Assembly (NCBI GenBank): GCA_016745055.1
Contig: JADGDF010000005.1
Location: forward strand, 489-64,488
DNA: 64,000 bases
Direction: 5' to 3'
Origin: Thiotrichaceae bacterium
GTDB lineage: Bacteria > Pseudomonadota > Gammaproteobacteria > Beggiatoales > Beggiatoaceae
Made by a program: the position numbers and the translations under genes. The notes beneath the pieces were generated by a model. It made no database searches, had not been told where the DNA came from, and saw only the letters and a list, made by a program, of their open reading frames with translations. Positions 57,868 to 64,000 of the stretch are shown piece by piece. How positions within the stretch are numbered: the first letter of the stretch is position 1; every line of letters begins with the position of its first letter.

Positions 57868-59031
57868 ATGCCCCGAATTCTACATATAGGCAAGTATTTT
57901 TCTCCCTTTGCGGGAGGCATTGAAAACTTTTTAGCTGACTTAATTTCAGTACAAAACAACCACCAAATTTCTGCTTTGGTTCATGATCATCAATTTAACA
58001 TTTCCCATACTTTTGCTTCAATATTGGCTGAACCTTGGCAAAATCAAATAATTTACCGTGCACCCAGTTATGGCAGAGTTTTATATGCGCCAATTTCCCC
58101 ACATTTTCCTATTTGGTTAAACCATGTATTAGCTCAATTCAATCCCGATTTACTACATATTCATTTACCTAATACCTCAGCTTTCTGGTGTTTATTTTCA
58201 ACCCAAGCACGTCACATTCCTTGGGTAATTCACTGGCATGCAGATGTTATTTCAACAATGAATAAACGTTTATCTTTGGCTTATCATGTTTATCGTCTAT
58301 TTGAACAGCGTTTACTTGCCCATGCAAAAGCCATTATTGCAACCTCTCCGCCTTATTTGTCATCAAGTCTTGCTCTGGAAACTTGGCAAAATAAATGCCA
58401 TGTCATTCCGCTTGGTATATCGCAAAATCGCCTACCAGAAGCAGATAGCTTGCTCAAAAACTGGGCAAATCAGCAGTGGAGTACTTCTAACACAAGAATA
58501 TTAACCATTGGCCGTCTCACTTATTACAAGGGACATGAAATATTGATTCAAGCAATGACAACCATTAAAAATGCAGAATTAATCATTGTTGGTCAAGGTG
58601 AAGAACAAACTCGGTTAGAAAAATTGATTACAGAATTACAATTAGCCAGTAAAGTTAAACTTTATGGACACTGTACGAATGAGCAATTGGTTGGATTATT
58701 AGACAGTTGCGATTGTTTTTGTTTACCTTCTCTAGAACGCACAGAAGCCTTTGGTGTAGTTTTAATGGAAGCAATGCGTTATCAAAAACCAATTGTAGCA
58801 AGTGCCATTTCAGGTTCAGGGGTTACTTGGGTCGTTAAAGACCAAATTACTGGTTTGCTAACACCACCTGGAGATGTTGATGCGCTTGCACACACTTTGC
58901 GAAAGCTAGTTGATGATAAAATATTATGCCAACAATATGGTCAAGCCGGTTATCAACGATTTAAAAATACTTTTATTATTGAACAAGTAGAAACTAAAGT
59001 TTCAGCACTTTATCAGCACTGCCTAATTTAG
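57868..59031 (+). CDS. Glycosyltransferase family 4 (GT-B, GT1 superfamily)
   Basis: 387-aa ORF. C-terminal EAFGVVLMEAMRYQKPIVASAISG....V (E-x7-E region), N-terminal GGIENF. Confidence 0.8.
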   Translation: MPRILHIGKYFSPFAGGIENFLADLISVQNNHQISALVHDHQFNISHTFASILAEPWQNQIIYRAPSYGRVLYAPISPHFPIWLNHVLAQFNPDLLHIHLPNTSAFWCLFSTQARHIPWVIHWHADVISTMNKRLSLAYHVYRLFEQRLLAHAKAIIATSPPYLSSSLALETWQNKCHVIPLGISQNRLPEADSLLKNWANQQWSTSNTRILTIGRLTYYKGHEILIQAMTTIKNAELIIVGQGEEQTRLEKLITELQLASKVKLYGHCTNEQLVGLLDSCDCFCLPSLERTEAFGVVLMEAMRYQKPIVASAISGSGVTWVVKDQITGLLTPPGDVDALAHTLRKLVDDKILCQQYGQAGYQRFKNTFIIEQVETKVSALYQHCLI

Positions 59032-59146
59032 TATATTGTGTGTAAAATCAGCTTATACCAATTCAATATTTAAAGCAAGGTTAGTACTTAATTAAGATGT
59101 ATAATAAGTAAAATTCCTGAATCAATCTGCATGCTAGGAGCAAACT

Positions 59147-60298
59147 ATGCTGAAATCAGTAATAGGACATAGTGAAGATGTTGATTCTCTTGATGCCATT
59201 CTTGAAGTACTTGAACAATGTCGACAAAAATTAGATGGTTATATTCCACAAGCAGGTATTTTATTTAGCGCGATTGATTATAATTATTCTCTTCTGCTTG
59301 CACAAATTTCCCATGTTTATCCTAATATTGAGTTAGTTGGATGTAGTACTGATGGTGAATTGTCTTCACATTTAGGCTTTACTGAAGATGCAATTTTACT
59401 TATTTTATTTTGCTCTGATGATATTGAAATCAAAGCTGGTATTGGCCATGAATTGCAGCAATCACCTAAAAATTGTGCAATCGCTGCTCTAAATCAAGCC
59501 CAGTCCAAATTAACTGCATCACCTTCCTTTTGCCTTGCTTTTCCTGATGGCCGATTTGGCTCAAAAGATGTGGCCTTAGCTGAATTACAAAAGCAATTAG
59601 GAAACAGTGTCCCCATTTATGGTGGTGCAGCAGCTGAACAAACTGAATGGAAAGATACTTTTCAATTTTATCAAACCCAAAGCTATTGTAATTCATTACC
59701 CATTTTAGTATTTGCAGGTGATATACAATTTTCTCATGGCGTTGCGAGCGGCTGGAAGCCAATTGGCAAAAAAGCTCAAATTACTAAAACTATTGGTAAC
59801 GAAGTCTATGAAATTAATCACAAACCTGCTTTAGATTTTTATCGGCATTATTTAGGTTCTCTGGCAATGCAAACTCAAGAATTTCCACTGGCTATATTTG
59901 AAACTAATGAGGATAAATTCTTTGTTCGAGCTGTTTTTGATATTAATGAAACGCAAAAGTCACTTATTTTTGGTGGAGAAATTCCAGAGGGCGCATTTAT
60001 ACAAATTTCTGAGGCCACACGAGACGAATTGCTTGAGGGCGTAAAAGAATCTGTTACACAAGCATTAACTAATTTTACAGGTCAAACTCCTGAAATTGGA
60101 TTAGTATTTTCCTGTGCCGCACGTAAAGCAATTTTAGGAACGAAAACTAAACAAGAATTTGATTTAGTGCAATCATATACGAATAATAAATTTCCAACGA
60201 TAGGATTTTATGCGTACGCCGAAATTTGTCCTGTCACGCCACCAGCACCAACCCGTCTGCATAATGGTACATTTGTCACATTAATATTAGGAAGCTAA
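59147..60298 (+). CDS. FIST-domain (FIST_N + FIST_C) sensory protein
   Basis: 383-aa ORF. GILFSAIDYN....L....VGCSTDGEL...G (FIST_N-like) and ...PLAIFE......VRAV.......SLIFGGEIPEG..I... (FIST_C-like). The stop overlaps the start of the downstream cyclase (TAATG). Confidence 0.6.
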   Translation: MLKSVIGHSEDVDSLDAILEVLEQCRQKLDGYIPQAGILFSAIDYNYSLLLAQISHVYPNIELVGCSTDGELSSHLGFTEDAILLILFCSDDIEIKAGIGHELQQSPKNCAIAALNQAQSKLTASPSFCLAFPDGRFGSKDVALAELQKQLGNSVPIYGGAAAEQTEWKDTFQFYQTQSYCNSLPILVFAGDIQFSHGVASGWKPIGKKAQITKTIGNEVYEINHKPALDFYRHYLGSLAMQTQEFPLAIFETNEDKFFVRAVFDINETQKSLIFGGEIPEGAFIQISEATRDELLEGVKESVTQALTNFTGQTPEIGLVFSCAARKAILGTKTKQEFDLVQSYTNNKFPTIGFYAYAEICPVTPPAPTRLHNGTFVTLILGS

Positions 60299-61155
60299 TG
60301 AGCGAACAGATACTAGAACAGCTTGTTCATCAACTTAATAAACAGGTATTACTGTATCAGAAAAAACTAAACCGCTCTGAAATTAACCGAGCACGGCTAG
60401 AAGAACTTAAAGAGAAAAGTGATCACCTTTTAAAAACCATCAATATTGAAGTTGAAACAGTACGCCAAGCTATTGAGGATAAAAACCAGCAATTAGAACA
60501 GTTATATCAAGCGTTGCAACAAGAACAACATAAATCAGAAAATTTACTACTCAACGTATTACCAAGCAAAATTGCAACAGAGTTAAAACAAAGTGGAAAA
60601 GTAGATCCTGTTTATTTTGAATCAGTAACAGTTTTATTCACTGATTTTAAAGGTTTTACTAAAATTGCCGCGACTATTTCGCCACAAGAATTGGTACAAG
60701 AGCTGGATTTTTGTTTTTCAAATTTTGACAAAATCCTTGAACAGCATCACCTAGAACGTCTCAAAACCATTGGAGATGCTTATATGGGGGCTGCAGGACT
60801 TTGTGGTCGTAGTTCGCACAGTCTTGATGCAGTGCAGGCAGCGATTGAAATTACGGCATTTATGCGAGAATATATTCAAACTAAACAGCAACAAAATATA
60901 CCTTATTGGGATATTCGGATTGGTTTGCACACAGGCCCTGTCGTGGCAGGTGTGGTTGGCGAAAATAAGTTTGCTTATGATATTTGGGGAGATACAGTCA
61001 ATATTGCCTCACGTATGGAATCTACCAGTGAAGCAGGTAAAATTAATATTTCTAAAGATACCTATAAATTAGTTAAAGCCCATTTTTCATTTGAGTATAG
61101 AGGTAAAGTTGCAATTAAAAATCGGGGTGAAATGGAAATGTTTTTTGTTTGTTAA
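60298..61155 (+). CDS. Coiled-coil + class III adenylate/guanylate cyclase
   Basis: 285-aa ORF. VTVLFTDFKGFT, KTIGDAYMGAAG, IRIGLHTGPVVAGVVG, YDIWGDTVNIASRMES. Confidence 0.85.
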   Translation: MSEQILEQLVHQLNKQVLLYQKKLNRSEINRARLEELKEKSDHLLKTINIEVETVRQAIEDKNQQLEQLYQALQQEQHKSENLLLNVLPSKIATELKQSGKVDPVYFESVTVLFTDFKGFTKIAATISPQELVQELDFCFSNFDKILEQHHLERLKTIGDAYMGAAGLCGRSSHSLDAVQAAIEITAFMREYIQTKQQQNIPYWDIRIGLHTGPVVAGVVGENKFAYDIWGDTVNIASRMESTSEAGKINISKDTYKLVKAHFSFEYRGKVAIKNRGEMEMFFVC

Positions 61156-61264
61156 AACATTAGGCGTTCAAACCTTTAGGTTTTGAAGTATTTATTTACA
61201 TTGGATTACCGCTTACTTAATGATAGTGGACAGCATGAAGTAGCTGCTTTTATATAGGCTCACA

Positions 61265-62755
61265 CTACCAAAAGCTATTAACACTGCCGCCTGAAATCAA
61301 GAGAGTGGCTTGTTCAAACCATTCTGCAAAAAATGGGGGAACAGATAAACCTAACCATAGAACCAAGGCCAAATGGACACCAATTAACCACATTTGTGGA
61401 CGTAGAGTAATGGGCTGAATTTGTACTTGTTGTGGCGCATCACCATAGACGATAGGTTGGATATGTCTGAATAATCCAGCAAACGCGATACTCATGCCTA
61501 AAATAATGATTAATCCTAACCAAGGAGAGGTTTTAATAGCTGCAATGAGCAATAAAAATTCTCCAGTAAAAATACCAAAAGGTGGAATGCCAGCAATCGC
61601 AGCGGTACCAATAAAAAAGCTCCATCCCAATTTTGGATCGGTATGAATCAATCCGCGTATTTTTTCCATCACTTGCGTACCAACGCGGTGGACAATATAA
61701 CCAATGGTCATAAAAATTGCTGATTTGGTTAAAGCATGTGCCAATAAATGCAATAAGGCTGCAAATGTGGCAAGGGGTGTTCCCAAACCAAAGGAGAACG
61801 TCATTAAACCCATATGTTCAATAGATGAATAACTGAACAAGCGCTTAATATCACGTTGCCGGTGAATGAATAAAGCAGCAATAATTAAGGACAGTAAACC
61901 AAACCCCATCATCAACTGACCCGCAAGATTGGTTTGCAGCGAGTGATCGACTAAAATTTTAACTCGTACCAAACCATACAGCGCAACATTCAGTAATAAG
62001 CCGGATAAAACGACAGAAATTGGCGTCGGTCCTTCCGAATGTGTGTCTGGTAGCCAATTATGCAAAGGTGCTAATCCTAGTTTTGTCCCATAACCCACCA
62101 ATAAAAATACAAAGGCAATACTCATGACTGTGGGTTCGAGTTGTGCCGCATTTTCATAGAGTGTATGCCACAACAAGGCAGTTTCATGTTCAGGAATGAC
62201 TTGCGCTGCGGCAAAATAGATCAGTACCGTGCCAAACAAAGCTTGAGCAATGCCAACACCACATAAAATAAAATACTTCCAAGCCGCTTCAATGGCTTCT
62301 GGGGTACGATAAAGGCTAACGAGTAGCACAGTAAACAAAGTCGCCGCTTCCATCGCCACCCAAAGCAATCCCAAGTTATTGCTCATCAACGCAAGTAACA
62401 TAGATAAAATAAAACCTTGATACATCGCGTGATAAATCCGCATGCTAACAGTCGTTACTTTACCTGCAGCCAATTCTTCTCGCATATAATTTTGGGAAAA
62501 AATGGCAGTATTCATACCAATAAAAGCGGTCAGTAGAATAATATAAATATTAAACGCATCAATATAAAATAGTTGGTTAGTTGAAAGGTAATTCCCTTGC
62601 TGCCACACACCAATACTTAAGTTTATTGCGGCAATAAAGGTAAATACTGAAAAAATAATGTTTAACCAACTCGCGCCTCTACGTTGTCCTACAAATGCCA
62701 GACTCAAGGCACCTATCAGTGGAAAAGCAAGTACAAGCTTGATTGAAAGTTCCAT
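61265..62755 (-). CDS. Proton-conducting antiporter-like subunit (NuoL/M/N, MrpD, HyfF family; Proton_antipo_M)
   Basis: 496-aa polytopic ORF. HNWLPDTHSEGPTPISVVLSGLLLN matches the conserved WLP.AH.E.PTP.S block. No other complex I / Mrp / hydrogenase subunits are adjacent. Confidence 0.75.
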   Translation of the reverse strand: MELSIKLVLAFPLIGALSLAFVGQRRGASWLNIIFSVFTFIAAINLSIGVWQQGNYLSTNQLFYIDAFNIYIILLTAFIGMNTAIFSQNYMREELAAGKVTTVSMRIYHAMYQGFILSMLLALMSNNLGLLWVAMEAATLFTVLLVSLYRTPEAIEAAWKYFILCGVGIAQALFGTVLIYFAAAQVIPEHETALLWHTLYENAAQLEPTVMSIAFVFLLVGYGTKLGLAPLHNWLPDTHSEGPTPISVVLSGLLLNVALYGLVRVKILVDHSLQTNLAGQLMMGFGLLSLIIAALFIHRQRDIKRLFSYSSIEHMGLMTFSFGLGTPLATFAALLHLLAHALTKSAIFMTIGYIVHRVGTQVMEKIRGLIHTDPKLGWSFFIGTAAIAGIPPFGIFTGEFLLLIAAIKTSPWLGLIIILGMSIAFAGLFRHIQPIVYGDAPQQVQIQPITLRPQMWLIGVHLALVLWLGLSVPPFFAEWFEQATLLISGGSVNSFW

Positions 62756-62786
62756 TTTATTTTCTATAGCTTATCGTCATGGGGTT

Positions 62787-64000
62787 TTAGTAACTATCCC
62801 CTAAAGTGTAAATTGTATTCACCAATTTGTTTTCTATATTATCAGCACCACGATGCCCACAGCGATTATTATTCAAAAAAATAGCATAAGCATAAACACG
62901 ACCGGTTTGGGTAGAAACATAGCCTGCTAAAGTACTGACACCGTTGAGTGTCCCTGTTTTTGCACGAATTTGGGCTCTGGCAGGCGAATGTAGAAAACGT
63001 TTCTTAGCCGCACCATCAGCACCTAATACAGGTAGAGAGGCTAAAAAATCTGGTCCAATATCAAAACGAATATAAGCATTGGATAAGACATCAACAATTG
63101 CTTGAGTGCTTAGCTGATTTTGACGAGAGAGGCCCGATCCATCAACAATGACCATGCCTCTGGTATCAATGCCATATTTTCTAAGAAAGTTCATGACCAA
63201 ACGCGTACCTTCAGCATGAGAACCTGGTGTACCTGATATTTCGGCTGCCAACGTTTTAATTAATTGTTCTGCAATAAAATTATTGGAGTAAGTATTTAGC
63301 TCTTTTAAAACCATGGCTAATGGCTGAGATGCATGCGTGTATAACAATTTAGCATGAGAGGGTGTTGAACGATTCACTTGCGTTGTTCCATCAATACGCA
63401 CTCCTGCCTGGCGCAAAAAAGTAAAAAAAGTTTCTACCGCGTAACGAGGGGGATCTTCTATGTTACGATAAAATACAGCTTCATTTTTGCTCATGGGTAT
63501 TTTACCCTTGACACTTACTTTCACACTGCCTGATTCACTCTGACGTGTTACAGAAAGGCGGGTTCTACCGCTAGCTGTCGTTTTAGCGCTGACATCCAAA
63601 GTGAGATAATCTGGCCATGGCTCAAGCCAAACAGCAACATCGTCTCCCACGCTAATACCAGGATAGACATGGACTGCAACAGTATTAAAATTGACAGACA
63701 AGGCAGATAAACCTGCGTCATAAGCACGTTGAGTACGTTTACCTTGCCAAGCAGGTGGACGATCTTGCCTATCAAAAAAACTGGTATCAATAATAAGATT
63801 ACCTGTAATATGGTTGATGCCACGTCCCTTAATTTGCATGGAAATTTGCCATAATTTTTCAGGCGTTAACTTGGGATCGCCTTTTCCACGAATATACAAA
63901 TCGCCTAAAATAGTTTCAGATGATCTTTGACCTGTGTATAAAAATTCAGTTTTAAAACGATATTCTGGGCCTAAATAATCCAAGGCCGCCACCGTTGTAA
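62787..64000 (-). CDS. dacB: D-alanyl-D-alanine carboxypeptidase/endopeptidase (PBP4, DacB family), 5' end outside the window
   Basis: The reading frame is open to the window edge (..TTVAALDYLGPEYRFKTE follows the SxxK region in PBP4). SGLSR, KTGTL (KTG box). The track GTG start at 63992 is an artefact of truncation. Confidence 0.8.
   Translation of the reverse strand, partial: TTVAALDYLGPEYRFKTEFLYTGQRSSETILGDLYIRGKGDPKLTPEKLWQISMQIKGRGINHITGNLIIDTSFFDRQDRPPAWQGKRTQRAYDAGLSALSVNFNTVAVHVYPGISVGDDVAVWLEPWPDYLTLDVSAKTTASGRTRLSVTRQSESGSVKVSVKGKIPMSKNEAVFYRNIEDPPRYAVETFFTFLRQAGVRIDGTTQVNRSTPSHAKLLYTHASQPLAMVLKELNTYSNNFIAEQLIKTLAAEISGTPGSHAEGTRLVMNFLRKYGIDTRGMVIVDGSGLSRQNQLSTQAIVDVLSNAYIRFDIGPDFLASLPVLGADGAAKKRFLHSPARAQIRAKTGTLNGVSTLAGYVSTQTGRVYAYAIFLNNNRCGHRGADNIENKLVNTIYTLGDSY

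Noticed and set aside
60298-61155. The short class III cyclase as a Pycsar/CBASS-like defence cyclase
   Set aside because: No effector gene (TIR, TM or other) follows it. It is coupled to a FIST sensor upstream and carries canonical adenylate/guanylate-cyclase motifs shared with the two large signalling cyclases in the window. Ordinary signal transduction is more likely.
61265-62755. DabB subunit of a DAB CO2-uptake complex
   Set aside because: No DabA (DUF2309-type) gene is adjacent on either side, so the defining two-gene arrangement is absent. Kept only as one clade to test in the phylogeny.

Overview
The window reads as a chromosomal segment of a low-GC gammaproteobacterium. A Beggiatoaceae/Thiotrichales-type sulfur oxidiser is my inference from gene content: sat, a cbbO-like gene, SCO1, and three class III nucleotide-cyclase signalling genes. 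Most of it is housekeeping. This includes hisG-purK, an AhpC-type peroxiredoxin, a yhdP-like gene, gspE, minCDE, leuB, hemC, rng, sat, hisE-tatABC, rimP-nusA-infB and a 5'-truncated dacB. Several visibly AT-richer accessory islets interrupt it. One tRNA gene, tRNA-Phe(GAA), is present. I found no rRNA, CRISPR array, transposase or integrase.

The most interesting items are:
1. A tRNA-Phe-adjacent islet (47.5-50.25 kb) carries a tightly coupled ABC/SMC-type ATPase and a Toprim-like partner. This is the split OLD-like architecture of the PARIS/AbiL class, and it may be a divergent or unclassified defence module.
2. A solitary one-HKD phospholipase-D-family nuclease with an unrecognisable ~285-aa C-terminal region (27.7-29.1 kb) sits beside a gspM remnant.
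3. A secreted 786-aa protein contains 23 perfect-phase 30-bp tandem repeats encoding MNPP[G/D/S]GMEGG. An unrelated membrane-anchored protein has about 17% Met in heptad-like spacing.
4. Unusual signalling architectures include a double-DHp/REC/cyclase protein, a Cache-HAMP-kinase-REC-cyclase next to an orphan TpsB, and a FIST protein coupled to a cyclase.
5. Three families of dispersed structured intergenic repeats lie at gene 3' ends.

All functional calls come from motif recognition by eye. No database search was run.
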